From: Chiloscyllium plagiosum
Lineage: Eukaryota
Assembly (NCBI RefSeq): GCF_004010195.1
Contig: NC_057760.1
Span: 50,871 to 114,870, forward strand
DNA: 64,000 nucleotides
Direction: 5' to 3'
The position numbers were made by a program, and so were the translations under genes. The notes under the pieces were generated by a model. The model searched no databases, was not told the origin of the DNA, and saw nothing but the letters and a program-made list of their open reading frames with translations. Each line of letters opens with the position of its first letter. Positions within the stretch are counted from its first letter, which is position 1. Positions 25,701 to 40,700 of the stretch are shown here, piece after piece.

Positions 25701-28700
25701 ATGATGCCATCTTTTAGAATGAGAATCTAAGGCTTGGTTTTGCCCCTTTTGGGCAGATTTAAAACATCCCACAACTGCTACTCGAAGATCATCAGATGCG
25801 GGAGGTGGAGGTTCTCCCTGTTTGGTCAATATTTATCTTCAACAACACCAAATCACAGATGATCTGGGCCATTGCCGCCTTGCTGTTTATGAGAACTTGC
25901 TGTGCACAAATTGGCTGCTGCATTTCCCACACTACGACAGCTCCTGCTCTTTAGAACATACAATATTACAGCGCAGTACAGGCCCTTTGGCCCTTGATGT
26001 TGCCCTTACGTGTGAAACCAATCTGAAGCCCATCTAATCTATACTATTTCACTCTCATCCATATGCCTATCCAATCACCATTTAAATGCCCTTAAAGTTG
26101 GCAAGTCTACTACTGTTGCTGGCAGGGTGTTCCATGCCCCTACAACTCTCTGTGTAAAGAAATTATCTCTGACATCTGTCCTATATCTATCACCCCTCAA
26201 CTTAAAGCTATGTCCCCTTGTGCTAGCCATCGCCATCCAAGGAAAAAGGCTCTCACTGTCCAACCTATATAGCCCTCTGATTATCTTATATGTCTCAATT
26301 AAGTCATCTCTCAACCTTCTCTCTGAAAACAGCCTCAGTTCCCTCAGCCTTCCCATGAAAGACCTTCCCTCCATACCAGGCAATATCCTGGTAAATCTCC
26401 TCTGAACCCTTTCCAAAGCTTCCACGTCCTTCCCATAATGCAGTGACCAGAACTGTACGCAATACGCCAAGTGCGGCCACACCAGAGTTTTGTACAGCTG
26501 CAGCATGACCTCATAGCCTTCCCATGAAAGACCTTCCCTCCATACCAGGCAATATCCTGGTAAATCTCCTCTGAACCCTTTCCAAAGCTTCCACGTTCTT
26601 CCCATAATGCAGTGACCAGAACAGTACGCAATACATCAAGTGCGGCCACACCAGAGTTTTGTACAGCTGCAGCATGACCTCATGGTTCCAAAACTCAATC
26701 CCTCTACTAATAAAAGCTAACACACCGTATGCCTTCTTAACAACTTTATCAACCTGGGTGGCAACTCTCAAGGATCCATGTACATGGACACCGAGAGCTC
26801 TCTGCTCATCTACACTACCAAGAATTTTACCATAAGCCCAGTACTCTGCATTCCTTTCAAAGTGAATCATCTCACACTTTTCCGCATTAAACTCCATTTG
26901 CCACCTCTCAGCCAAGCTCTGCAGCTTATCTATGTCCCTCTATAACCTACAACATCCTTCATCCCCATCCACTACTTTACCGATCATAGTGTCATCTGCA
27001 AATTTACTAACCCATCCTTCTATGCCTTCATCCAGGTCATTTATAAAAATGACAATCAGCAGTGGACACAAAACAGATCCTTGCGGTACACCACTAGTAA
27101 CTGAACTCCAAGATATTTCCCATCAATGTCAGCCTGTCTTCTTTCAGCAAGCCAATTTATGATCCAAACTGTTAAATCACCCTCAATCCCATGCCTCCGT
27201 ACTTTATGCAATAGCCTACCCGTGGGGAACCTTATTAAATGCCTTACTGAAAAACATACACACCAAATCAACCGCTTTACCCTTATCGACCTGTTTGGTC
27301 ACCTTCTTAAAGAGCTCAATGAGGTTTGTGAGGCATGGGCAAAAGTGAGGACTGCAGATGCTATTCCTGATGAAGGGCTTTTGCCCGAAACGTCGATTCT
27401 CCTGCTCCTCCGATGCTGCCTGACCTGCTGTGCTTTTCCAGCACCACTCTGATCTAAACCCTTTGTGAGCCATGATCTACCCTTCACAAAACCAGGTTGA
27501 CTATCCCTTATCAGCTTATTCCTCTCTAGATGATTATAAATCCTATCTCTTATAACCCTTTCCAACACTTTACCCTTAACCGAAATAAGGCTCACTGGTC
27601 TATAATTCCCAGTGTTGTCTCTACTCCCCTTCTTGAACAAGGAAACAACATTTGCTATCCTTCAGTCTTCTGGCACTATTCCTGTAGACAATGACGACAA
27701 AAAGACCAAAGCTAAAGGCTCGCCAATCTCCTCCCTGGCATCCCAGAGAATCCTTGAATAAATCCCATTCTGCCCAGGGGTCTTATCTATTTTTACACTT
27801 TCCAGAATTGCTAACACCTCCTCATGAACCTCAATCCCACCTAGTCTAGCAGCCTATATCTCAGTATTCTCCTAGACATTATTGTCTTTTTCTAGTGTGA
27901 ATACTGACAAAGAGTATTCATTTAGTGCTTTCCCTATCTCCTCTGACTCCACACATAAATCCCACTACTATCCTTGATTGGCCCTAATCTTACTCTAGGC
28001 ATTCTTTTATTCCTGATATACCTATAGAAGGCTTTAGGGTTTTCCTTGATCCTATCTGCCAACGACTTCTCATGTCCCCTCCTGGCTCTTCTGAGCTCTC
28101 TCTTTAGGTCTTTCCTGGCTAACTTGTAACTCTTAAGCACCCTAACTGAGCCATCACATCTCATCCTAACATAAGCCACCTTCTTCCTCTTGACAAGAGT
28201 TTCAACTTCCTTAGTAAACCACGGCCCCCGCGCTCAACTTCCTCCCTGCCTGACCGGTACATACTTATCAAGGATCCGCAGTGGCTGTTCTTTGAATAAG
28301 CTCCACATTTCAATTGTGCCCATCCCCTGTAGTTTCCTTTCCCATCCTTTGCATTCTAAATCTTGTCAAATGGCATCATAATTGCCTTTCCCCACAGCTA
28401 TAACTCTTGTCCTGCAGTAAATACCTGTCCTTTTCCATCGTTAAAGTAAACATAACCAAATTGTGGACACTTTCACCAAAGTGCTCACCTACCTCCAAAT
28501 CCAACACGTGGCCAGGTTCATTACCCAGTAACAAATCTAATGTGGCCTTGCCCCTTGTTGGCCTGTCTACGTACTGTTTCAGGAAACCCTCCTGCACACA
28601 CTGGATAAAAACTGACCCATCTAAAGTACTTGAACTACAGTATTCCCTGTCAATATTTGGAAAGTTAAAGACCCCTATAACAATTACATGGTTACTCTCG

Positions 28701-31700
28701 CTCCTACTCAGAATTATCTTTGCTATCCTATCCTCTACATCTCTGGAACTATTCAGAGGCTTATAGAAAACTCCCTACAGGGTGACCTCTCCTTTTTGGT
28801 TTCTAATCTCAGCCCAGACTACCTCAGTAGATGAGTCCTCAAATGTACTTTCTGCAACCGTAATACTGTCCTTGACTGAGTGTACCCCCCCCCCCCCCTT
28901 ACAATTTTCTCTATTCTTACTGAATCATCTAAATCCCAGAACCTGCAATAACCATTCCTGTCCCTGCTCTATCCATGTCTCCGTAATGGCCACATCATTG
29001 AAATCCCAGTTACCAACCCATGCTGCAAGATCACCTACCTTATTCCAGATGCTCCTGGCATTGAATTAGACACACTTCAAACCAACTTCTGGCTTGCCAG
29101 TGCCTTCTTGTGACCTTGAAACCTTAGTTCTGACCTCACTACTCTCAACCTCCTGTACACTCTCCAACTACAGTTTAGGTTCCCATCCCCCTGCTGTATT
29201 AGTTTAAACCCACCCGAAGAGCAGTAGCAAATTTCCACTCCAGGATATTGGAACCTCTCTGGTTCAGGTGAAGACCGTCCTGTTTGTAGAGATCCCACCT
29301 AACCCAGAAAGAGCCCCAATTATCCAGGAATCCAAAACCCTCCCTTCTGCACCATCCCTGCAACCACGTGTTCAACTCCTCTCTCTCCCTATTCCTCGCT
29401 TCGCTTGCACGTGGCACGGGCAACAAACCAGAGATTACAACTCTGTTTTTTCTAGCTCTAAGCTTCCACCCTTGCTCCCTGACTTTCTGCCTTAAATCCC
29501 CATCTCTCTTCCTACCTATGTCGTTGTGGAGCACGACCTGGGGCTGCTTCCCCTCTCCCTAAAGGATCCCGAAAACACATACTGAGACATCGCAAACCCT
29601 GGCCCTGGGAGGCGTCACACTAACTGTGAGTCTCTTTTGTTCCCACAGAACCTCCTATCTGTCCCTCTAACAATGAAGCCCCAATGACTCTGCTCCTCTT
29701 TCCCCTTCCCTTCTGAGCAACAGGGACTGACTCTGTGCCAGAGACCTGGGCCCATTTGCTTTCTCCTGGTAAGTCATTTCCCTCCCCCAGTAGTATCCAA
29801 AACTGTATACTTGTTATTGAGGGGAACGGCCACAGGGGTTCCCTGCACTGCTTGCTGGTTCCCTTTCCATCCCCTGATGGTAACCTTCTTTTACCTGAGG
29901 TGTGACTACCTCCCTGTAACTCCTCTCAGTAAACTCCTCCGCCTCCCGAATGATCCGAAGTTCATCCAGCTCCAGCTCCAGTTCTCTAACGCGGTTTTTG
30001 AGGAGCTGGAGTTGGGTGCACTTCCCACAGATGCAGTCAGCAGGGACACTACTGGTGACCCTTACCTCCCACATTCTGCAGGAGGAACATTCAACTGCCC
30101 TAACGTCCATCCCATTATTCTAAATTCCCAACGAGACTACTGAAAAACTAACAAAAAATAAAGGAACTAGTCACCTTACCAATCCAGTGCACATAACCTT
30201 TTTATTTGATTAGAGAAGGACAGGTGGGAGACACTACCCGAGTAGCGTTTTGGATAAAGCAACCTCCCAAATATCAAGCCTCACTTACCCAGCAGTCCCA
30301 TGTCCGCTCCTGCTCAGTGTGTGCTCTACCTGTACATGAGGTGAGCTTTTATCTATTTCAAAAAAACTTTAGCTGCAAAACATGTGACTTACTAACGCAG
30401 CTAAATAAGAGGAGAGTGGAGACTGGTAACTGCAAGTTCCCCTCCGAGACACTAACCATCCTGTCTTGGAACTATATTGGTCATTCCTTCACTGTCACTG
30501 GGTCAAAATCCTCAGACCTCCTCCCTCCCTTCCTAATGGAACTTGGAGAGTCTCTATACCATTTAGGCTGCAAGAATTCAAGAAAGCAGCCTCACAACCT
30601 TCCCAAAGGGCAGCTGATGCTGTTTTAGCCAGTGAAGCCCACATCCCGTAAACCGAGAAAAATGATTCCAAATTCTGTTCTTCTGAGTCAACCCAACAAT
30701 TGGTAGTATCCAAACAATGTCCATCGTTCTAACTGGAGTCTAAGCAAAATTGATCCCTTCCATCCATTATCAGTAAAATTGATGAGTTGCCTTGTGGGAG
30801 TTTGCTGTGCAAAGATCAATTGCTATGTTTCCTTTATTACGATATGTGGATCTCCAAACTGGAGCACTCCATTGGCTATAAAGTGCTCTGGTATCTGCAG
30901 CTCCCTCTCACAGCCACCCCTAGTCTTGAAGAAGGGTGACACTCGAAACGTTGACTTCTCCACCTCCTGATGCGGCCTGCTTGGATCCCAGCATCTGCAG
31001 TTTTTTATTCTCTAACTAAGTTTGTACCACTGTGAAGTCTCTTTAAAGGATGCCTCCTTTGAAGACGTTCTTTGCCTCCCTCAGATGTGCACTCAGTGAG
31101 TCCTTTCTCACTGCCACAGTGCCTTGACCTCTTTAGCCCTCCAGTTCTTTGGCCACATAGTGAAACAAACTCAACCTGTCTTCACTTAACCCCATCTCAC
31201 CATCATGAACCCCCCACCCCCTTTATCTGCAGCTCCCTTTACACCTATGCCCAGTCCTAAAGAAGGGTTACAGCCGAAATGCTGACTTCTCCACTATCTG
31301 ATGCTGCCTAGTTTGCTGTATAATTCCAACCTCCTGCTTGGATTCCAGCATCTGCAGTTTTTTTGTCTCCACCTGAGATGTGCTGAGGGCATGTAGGGCT
31401 GTGTTTCAAATTCCAATCCATATTAAACTGGTAAATAGAGAGCATGTGCAGAAATTTGGTTTCATTGCTGACCTTTTAGCAGCATTGAAGCTCGACTCTT
31501 TTTTTAAAAAATGCCCGTGAGTGTTGGACACAAAGCAGAGATGGTGCGGGAAGGGATGACGTTTGAGTGGGGAAACAGATTTGGTGAGATGGATGCATGA
31601 TCATTCGCGCACACCAGAGTGAGTGAGTGTTCTGGGGCCACACCATTTTATGAGCCACGGGTAAGCCTCTGACTGCGTATCCTTCATGCAGATTTGTTGA

Positions 31701-34700
31701 TTGTGACTTGATTTGCGTTGTCAATTTCCGTTGTGCCTGCTGTGATTCCCTGCATGCACAGCCAATCATGAACATATTTTGGTGTTCTATATGCCGCACA
31801 AACCAATCAAAAGCATTCTTGCACCCATTACTAAGAAGCAACATCTAACCCCCTGATGATTTCCTATTCCATCTTAACTGAAATTTGTCACACTTGGAAA
31901 TTAGCTTTGATTCTCTCCATTTTGAGATTTAATTGACCAGTTTGTGATTTTTAAAAACGATTCTGTATTCGTCTAGGGGATAAAACAATTCATTCCAAAC
32001 TCCGGTTTGCTAACTCCTCACTTCCACTCCTCCACTAACATTAATTATAAAGAAAATGCCCTTTAGCTTATTCATCTGGGATTTGTGGGGTGGGGTTTGT
32101 TTTTTAGCTTTTGGAGAGCAGCAAACCGAGAGAAGATTAGATATTGACTACAAACTTAGATTAGGAGCTCGAACTTGAAGAACCAGTTCCAGTTCCACCC
32201 AGTGAGACAGAGGCAGAATTTCCTGGCCACACCAACATTTTTTAAAATGGTCCTAGTTAATGGAGGAGTTGCATGAAAAGTGGGGAGGGGGGGGGGGGGG
32301 GGGGAGTAAATGATTTTTCTTGTCAGTTGTCAAAAATATATTTGGAATGGTTCAAGCCAAGAAAAGCCCAAATAGCTCATTCATACCATTTTCAGAACGG
32401 AGTTGACAACCACTCCAGTTCTGTTATGCTCTCCGCCTAAATGCTACTTTCTCTCCACCCTTCCGCAACCTGGCCAGATGATCTGCCCCGGGTGTATCGC
32501 TCGTTGTCAGACACTGAGAGTTTCCAGGGACACGTGACGGACGAGGAGACGGAAGACGGAAAGCTATGGCGGGTCTTCCACATCGGAGAGCAGGAATATC
32601 GGGTGGACATGGCTGTTGTAGATCCGTACAAGGCAGTCATTTCTCACGGAGGTGAGGCTCCTGGTTTGAGTGTGGGTTAGTTTATTTTCTTGACCGGTCT
32701 AAACCGATGTGTCGATGTGTTGGCTGACTGTTAATTTGGTAATGTTCCCAAGACACGAGTTCAGCTCCTACCACCGCGGCTGCATGATTGAGGAGAAGTG
32801 GTGACATAGTGATAATTTCAGTAGATTAGTAGAACATAGAACAATAAAACGCAGAACAGGCCCTTCGGCCCTCAATGTTGCACTGACCTGTGAACTATTC
32901 TCAGCTCATCCCCCTACACTATCCCAAAATCATCCATGTGCTTATCTAAGGATTGTTTAAATCTCCCTAATGTGGCTAAGTTGACTACATTGGCAGTTAG
33001 GGCATTCCACGCCCTCACCATTCTCTGAGTAAAGAAACTGCCTCCGACATCTGTCTTAAATCTATCACCCCTCAATTTGTAGTTATGCTCCCTTGTACAA
33101 GCTGACGTCATCATCCTAGGAAAAAGACTTTCACTGTCTATCCTATCTAATCCTCTGATCATCTTGTACGTCTCTACCAAATCCCCCCTTAGCCACCTTC
33201 TTGCCAATGAGAACAGACCCAAGTTCTCAGCCTTTCCTCGTAAGACCTTCCCTCCAGACCAGGCAACATCCTGGTAAATCTCCTCTGCACCTTTTCCAAT
33301 GCTTCCACATCCTTCCCGAAATATGTTGTGGCCATTTCGGAGACATGGATAGAGCAGGATGAGGAATGGAGTCATAGAGATGTACAGCATGAAAACAGAT
33401 CCTTCGGTCCAACCCGTCCAGGCCGACCAGATATCCCAACCCAATCTAGACCCACCTGAGAGCACCCAGCCCATATCCCTCCAAACCCTTTCTATTCATA
33501 TACCCATCCAAATGCCTCTTAAATATTGCAATTGTACCAAATCAGTATTTGCTGTGGAAAAGAATATGGAAGATGTAGACTGTAGGGAAATAGATGATGA
33601 CATCTTGCAAAATGTCCAGATTACAGAGGAGGAAGTGCTGGATGTCTTGAAACGGGTAAAGGTGGATAAATCCCCAGGACCTGATCAGGTGTACCCTAGA
33701 ACTCTATGGGAAGCAATAGAAATGATTGCTGGGCCTCTTGCTAAGATATTTGTATCATCGATAGTCACAGGTGAGGTGCCGGAAGACTGGAGGTTGGCTA
33801 ACTGTTTAAGAAGGGTGGTAAGGACAAGCCAGGGAAGTACGGACGAGTGAGCCTGACGTCGAAGGTGGGGAGGTTGTTGGAGGGAATCCTGAGGGACAGG
33901 ATGTACATGTATTTGGAAAGGCAAGGACTGATTAGGGATAGTCAACATGGCTTTGTGCGTGGGAAATCATGTCTCACAAACTTGATTGAGGTTTTTGAGG
34001 AAGTAACAAAGAGGATTGATGAGGCCATAGCGGTAGATGTGATCTATATGGACTTCAGTAAGGCGTTCGACAAGGTTCCCCTTGGAGACTGATTAGCAAG
34101 GTTAGATCTCACAGAATACAGGGAGATCTAGACATTTGGATACAAAACTGGCTCAAAGGTAGAAGACAGAGGGTGGTGGTGGAGAGTTGTTTTTCAGATT
34201 GGAGGCCTGTGACCAGTATAATTGTGAAGTCTAGACTAATGGAGTGAGGACAAGAGTTCAAATCCCACCATGGAAACCGGTGGAATTTAAAGTGTTAATA
34301 AATCTTGGATGTGAAGCAAGTTTCAGTGAAGATAACCATGAATCTATCATTGCTGTGAAAAAAAAAGAAACCCATCTGATTCATTAACGACCTTTGAAAA
34401 TCATCCATCTTGAACTGATCTGGACAGGAATGGGACTGCAGATTCTCAGAGAGGTTAATTCTTAACTGCCCTTTGAAATGGAGAAAGTGAGGACGGCAGA
34501 CGCTGGAGATCAGAGCTGAAAATGTGTTGCTGGAAAAGCGCAGCAGGTCAGGCAGCATCCAAGGAACAGGAGAATCGACGTTTCGGGCATAAGCCCTTCT
34601 TCCTGAAGAAGGGCTTATGCCCGAAACGTCGATTCTCCTGTTCCTTGGATGCTGCCTGACCTGCTGCGCTTTTCCAGCAACACATTTTCTGCCCTTTGAA

Positions 34701-37700
34701 ATGGGCCTAGGAAGCCCTTCAGTTGTCAAGGTCAATCCAGGATGTGTAGCAATGTTTGCCTGCATGGCAATGGCATGTTTTATTTTTAAAAGCCTCTAAC
34801 TTGAAGTCTTATAGGATGAAGTGCAGGAGAGACAATAGGTAATAAAGTGAACGGGTCCTAGTCTCCTTCTAGTGAAAACATCTTCTCCACGTCTACTCTA
34901 TACAGGCCACTTAGTGTTCTGTAACATTCAATCAGAATGCACCCCACTGCTTCTAAACTCCTATCAAGTGCAGACCCAGAATCCCTAACTGCTCCTCATG
35001 TAACAAGCCCTTCATCCCCGGGATGATTCTTGTAAATCTTCCCTGGTATCCAGAGCAACCTTCAATTCAACCAACCTGGTAATTTATAAAGATCTCTCAG
35101 ATGTGGAGAGGTGGGAAAGATGAAAACTCTGACCTGATCAATAATGCTTGCTCTCTTTCTACCAGGTTGCTTTGGGGAGAGTTTAACTGCAATCATTGTG
35201 TTTTCCTCATGCTATTTGCCGGAAAGCAGTCTACCTGATTATGAAAGCGTGATGGAAAATCTCTTTAGGTAATGAACTACTTTGTATATCCTGATCTTTA
35301 AAAGCCTTCTATTTCGTGCCTTTGATGTGATGTTTGGCTAACTGCACTATTTTGGGAAATTGAGGAACATTATTCCTTGGGAGAAAGATTTTAGATTCCA
35401 AGTTGTGCTGGTCAGACTTTCATGGCTGCCACTTGATTGCCATCTGTTATGAAGCAATTTATTCAACCACAGATTTTTACAAAGGACGTTTCAGGACGTC
35501 CCAAAACGTTTCACAGCTGTTGAAGCATTTGTTTTTGGAAAGCTCTCACTACTGTAGTGTATTATAGAATCATAGAATCCCTACAGTGTGGAAACAGGAC
35601 CTTTGGCCCAGTTAGTTCACACCGACCCCTCCAAAGAGTATCCCACCCAAACACATTTCCCTACCCTATTACTCTACATTTACTCCTGACTAATGTACCC
35701 AACCTACACATCCCTGAACACAATGGGCAATTTAGCATGGCCAATTTACCTAAACTGCACATCATTGGATAGTGGGAGGAAACCAGAGCACCTGGAGGAA
35801 ACCCACGCAGAACAGGGGAGACTGTGCAAACTCCACATGGACAGTCACCCGAGGCTGGAATCAAACTGGGGTCCCTGGCGCTGTGAGGCAGCGATGCTAA
35901 CCACTGAACCCATGCCGCCCCGACAACTGAGCCACCGTGCTGCCATGTAGGGAACATGGCAATCAATTTGCACATGGAAAGTTCCCAGACAGCAACCGTA
36001 TCTCCTTTTGTATTCACGTGTGATGTCAATTTGAGAATAAACATTAGCCAGGACGCCAGGATCCTTTGTTTAACACCACTGAGAGACAGCACCTCAGACG
36101 TGCAGCACTCCTTTAGTTCCACACTAGGAGCGCTGGCCTAGAGTTTAGACTCCAATCCCTAAAGACTAGAACCCACTCTACTTCCTCAGGAGGCTAAGGA
36201 AATTTGGCACGTCCGTAAAGACACTTACCAATTTTTCTGGATGCACCATAGAAAGCATTGTATCAGGATGGATCACGGCTTGGTATGCAATTGCTCTGCC
36301 CAGGACTGTAAGAAACTACAGAGAGTTGTGAACATAGCCCATTCCATCACGCAGTCCAACCTTCCATCCATTGAATCTATCTATATTTCTCACTGCCTCA
36401 GGAAGGCAGCCAACATCATCAAAGACCCATCCCATCCTGGCTATAATCTCTTCCAGCCTCTTCTGTCGGGCTGTAGATACAAAGGCTTAAACACACGTAC
36501 CAACAGGTTCAAGAACAGCTTCTTTGTCACTGTTATCAGACTTCTGAATAGACCCCTCACATTTCAAATTTAATGTTGACCTTGCTTTTTACAGCTTCTC
36601 TCCAGCTTTAACATTGTATTCCTCGCCCTGTTCTATTACCCTTATGCACTTTGTATGTTATGATCCGCTGTACTGCATGTAAAACAAAACTTTGCACTGT
36701 ACCTAGATACATATGACAATAATAAATCAAATCAAAAATTGCTGAATAATGTTTATGCCCACATCTTGGAGTTTAGCCTCAAGACAGACTGGTTGAGGAG
36801 AAGGCAACATTAACAACTGTCTTCAAATTTGGGCTTCTTTATAAATACTTTATTATATATTAAGACTAAATAATACAATACATGGCATTCATAGATATAC
36901 CAGGCTTTAATTTTTCTATGGTATTGTGGAAAGATTATTCTACAAGTTTTACCACCTAATGCTGGACAATTTACTCCACATGCTTCACTGCATATGTCTT
37001 TTTGTTATTCCCTAATGGGACATGGTGTTGCTAGCTGACCAGCATTTATTGCCCTTGCGAAGATGGTTGTCAGCTGGTTTTTTGATTGACTGTAGTCTAT
37101 GGTGCCACTAGGAAGGGAATTCTAGCAATGTCAATGGGGAGGTGATTCTAGCAATTTTGACCCAGCAACAGTGAAGGAGCGGTGATGTATTTTCAAATCA
37201 GTACAGTGAGTGGCACACATATCTGCTACCTTGGCCCTTCTAGATGGAAGTGGTTGTGAGTTTGCAAGACCTTCTGATGTGATGCTACCCACTGAGGCAT
37301 AACTGGCACCCGATGTAAGAAATATTCTTCAAGCTCGAACATGTGCTCGCTTAAAATCCCGTGTCCCACTATGATAGTTGAGCCAGCATTTATTGCTCAT
37401 ACCTAACTGCCCCTGAGAAGGTGGTGGTGACCTGCCTTCACCTGATGTAAGGACATCTGCAGAGCTTATAGGAATATAGTTCCAGGATGTTGACCCAGTG
37501 ACTGTGAAGGAACAGCTAAATAGTTTTGAGTCAAAATCGACTCAGTTTTTTCCCTCGCATCGCACTTGCTTCATTGGCAAAATATCTGCACCCTTTCATT
37601 CTTGATCCTTTTACAGGCGGCATCAGTTTCTGTCATTGATTTAAAACTGTTAACCTGGTGTAGTGACTTTTAAGTAAGTGACTTAAAAGCTGAGTGCCAA

Positions 37701-40700
37701 AAAATGAATCGACCCCATTTCACAGAAATGTGACTGTCGTGTTCTGTCCCCACAGGTATGTTATTGGAACTCTGGAATTGCTGGTGGCTGAAAACTATGT
37801 TATTGTGTATTTAAACGGTGCCACAACTCGCAATAGAGTGCCATCAATCAGCTGGTTGAAACAGTGTTATCAGACCATTGACCGGAGGTAAGATGCTGCT
37901 GCTGTCTGTTGTTAGAACGAATTAACGATTGAAAGTCAACATTAAGTTTATTTTTAAATTGCTAGGAAAGGGAAATTCATGGTAAGGAAGGTTGACTGCC
38001 TGAATCATTGCTATGCTGGAAGGTATGGATTTGGGCCATGTAGTCATGGAATCATACAGCATGTAAACACTCTTCAGTCCAACTTGTCCACGCCAACCAG
38101 GTATCCTAAACTGAACTAGTCCCATTTAAGGACATAAGAAATAAGAGCAGGAATAACTGGCCCCTCAAGCCTGCTCCACCATTCCGTGGATCGGAGCGGC
38201 ACGGTGGCTCAGTGGTTAGCACCGCTGCCTCACAGTGCCAGGGACCTGGGTTCGATCCCCCCCCCGCCCCCCTTGGGCGACTGTCTGTGTGGAATTTGCA
38301 CATTCTCCCCCGTGACTGTGTGGATTTCCATCGGGTGCTCCGGTTTCCTCCCACAGTCCAAAGATGTGCAAGTTAGGGTGGATTGGCCATGCTAAATTTA
38401 CCATACTGTTCAGAGATGTGTAGGTTAGGTGAAATTTCTCATTGGAAATGCAGGGTTACAAGGAATGCTGCTCAGACGGTCAGTGTGGACTTGTTGGACC
38501 AAATGGCCTGTTTCCACATTGCAGGGATTCTAAATGAAAAAAACACAGGGAGCAAGCGTTATTTCTCAACATAAACACTTGTCGAGTTCAGTGTTCTGAT
38601 TACTATTTTGTTTTGTTGCTACAGGTTACGGAAAAACTTGAAATCTCTGATTGTCGTGCATCCATCGTGGTTCATTAAAGTGATATTAGCTATTACCCGG
38701 CCTTTTATAAGGTACAACCTTCCTTTTACCCCACCCATCTTTTCTTGCTCATCTCCTAATTATTCCACAGAAACACGGGGGAGGTTTAATGAGCTTCTCG
38801 AGCCTGTCTGTCATTTGATAGAAGTGTGGCTAATCTGTAACTTAATTCTACATTTGCCACCTGTCCCTTTAATATCTTTGGTGAACCTGCCAACTAGAGA
38901 TTGATAACTGCTTGTAATTTGAGGAACACATTCCAAAATCTCAGTCAATGATCCCAAAAGGAATGCTGCATTGCTGGAAGCACCATCTTTTGAGTGAGAT
39001 GATGGGACAAATTCCCACAGTCTCTAACCCTTTGCTGTTCCAGGGAGTTTGATGGGAGTATACACTGTTGGCTGCTGTCCCATATTTTACGACAGTGACT
39101 CTATTGGTGATGAAACACAATCTCCTGAGATTGTGAACGGTGCTATAAAAATTCAAATTGTTTCATTTCTCTTTTATCTTCCTCCCTCTATCTTTTTTCA
39201 GTACTTTTTCTTTCCAGTTTCCTCCCCTCTCCACCTTTCTCTCCATTCCTCCCCGTCTCCTCTTCCCCCTTCTCTTTCACATTCCCTCCATCTTCCCTTT
39301 CTGTTTTCTATTTGTTGGGAATTGATTTCCAGACTAATATTTTAAACTGAGGGACCACAATTATGCCAGTTCCATACTTTAGTTCTTGAACTGACTGATG
39401 CTGGTGCTAATGCAATGCTCTTTTTCTCTTCTGCAGTTCAAAATTCAGTAGGAAAGTTCGGTTTGTAAATAGTCTTCAGGAGCTCTCACAGTTAATTCCC
39501 ATGCAACATGTACATATTCCAGAATGCATTAAAACGTAAGTACTGTATAGCTGAAATTGCATTCCATTTATTTACAATTATGTTCCTTATGCATTTTAAT
39601 ATTTACACTGAAAGCATTGTTGCTTTGATCATGTTGGTTTATCTCTGACTGCACAGGACAAAACCAAAACATTTCAATTGGTGAATGTGTTGTTTCAACA
39701 TTAGTTTGTCAGAAGAAAGTTTGTAATGCGTGATTTGTACAAGTTCACAAACACAAATCTCAAAGGCCCATCGTTTTCAATTTTTAAACATTTTTGTAAT
39801 CACCCGAATCATGTGTGTATATATTAGTGAAGTTTAACAGGCATTTAGACAGACACATAAACAGGCAGGGAGTAGTAGGACTTGGACCATGTGAGGCAGA
39901 TTGGATTAGTTTAGAATGGCATGGACATAGGGTCTGAAGGGCCTGTCCTTGTGCTGTACTGTTCTATGTACCTACATTTTTAACAGTAGCTTTGTACAGA
40001 ATATCTTAGGATTCAGGCAGAGACATCCTCCAGGAGGTTCTGGTTGTACTCATCGTGCAGACTGTGGGGGGTCCCAGGTATGATCCCCATCCATGCTGAA
40101 AAACTTAGCTAATCCAGGCATTTTGCCTTGATACTAGTTCTCTGGAAGAAAGTCTAGACTGCAGATGCTGGAGACCAGAGTTGAAAAGTGTGGCGCTGGA
40201 AAAGCGCAGCAGGTCAGGCATCCGAGGAGCAGGAGACTCAATGTTTTGAGCATCAGCCCTTCATCAGGAATGTGGGGAATGGGGAAACAGGGCTGAGAGA
40301 TAGGTAGGGGGATGGGGGATGGTAGCTGGGAAGGTGATAGGTAGATGCAAGTGGGGGGTAATGGTGATAGGTTGGGGGGGAGGGGGAGCAGATAGGTGGG
40401 AAGGAAGATGGACAGGTAGGACAGTTCAAGAGGATGGTGCCAAGTTGAAGTGTTCGATCTGGGATGAGATGGGGGGAGAGGAGACAAGGAAAATGGGAAG
40501 TCAACGTTGATGCTGTGTAGTTGAAGGGTCCCAACGCAGAAGATGAGGCGTTCTTCCTCCAGTCATCGGGTTGCTTGGATTTAGCCAGTTTTCTGCACGT
40601 TTAACATCCCTCAGGGATTGCAATAAGTGTGACTTTCCGCTAATCCTTGCACACAGACTCAATTAGCCTCCATTCCCAAAGGTGGAACAGCCTGGCATCC

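Noticed and set aside
25953..30200. CR1 ORF1/ORF2 as intact or domesticated genes (also 53015-57600)
   Set aside because: Multiple stops, frameshifts, insertions and duplications indicate inactive copies.
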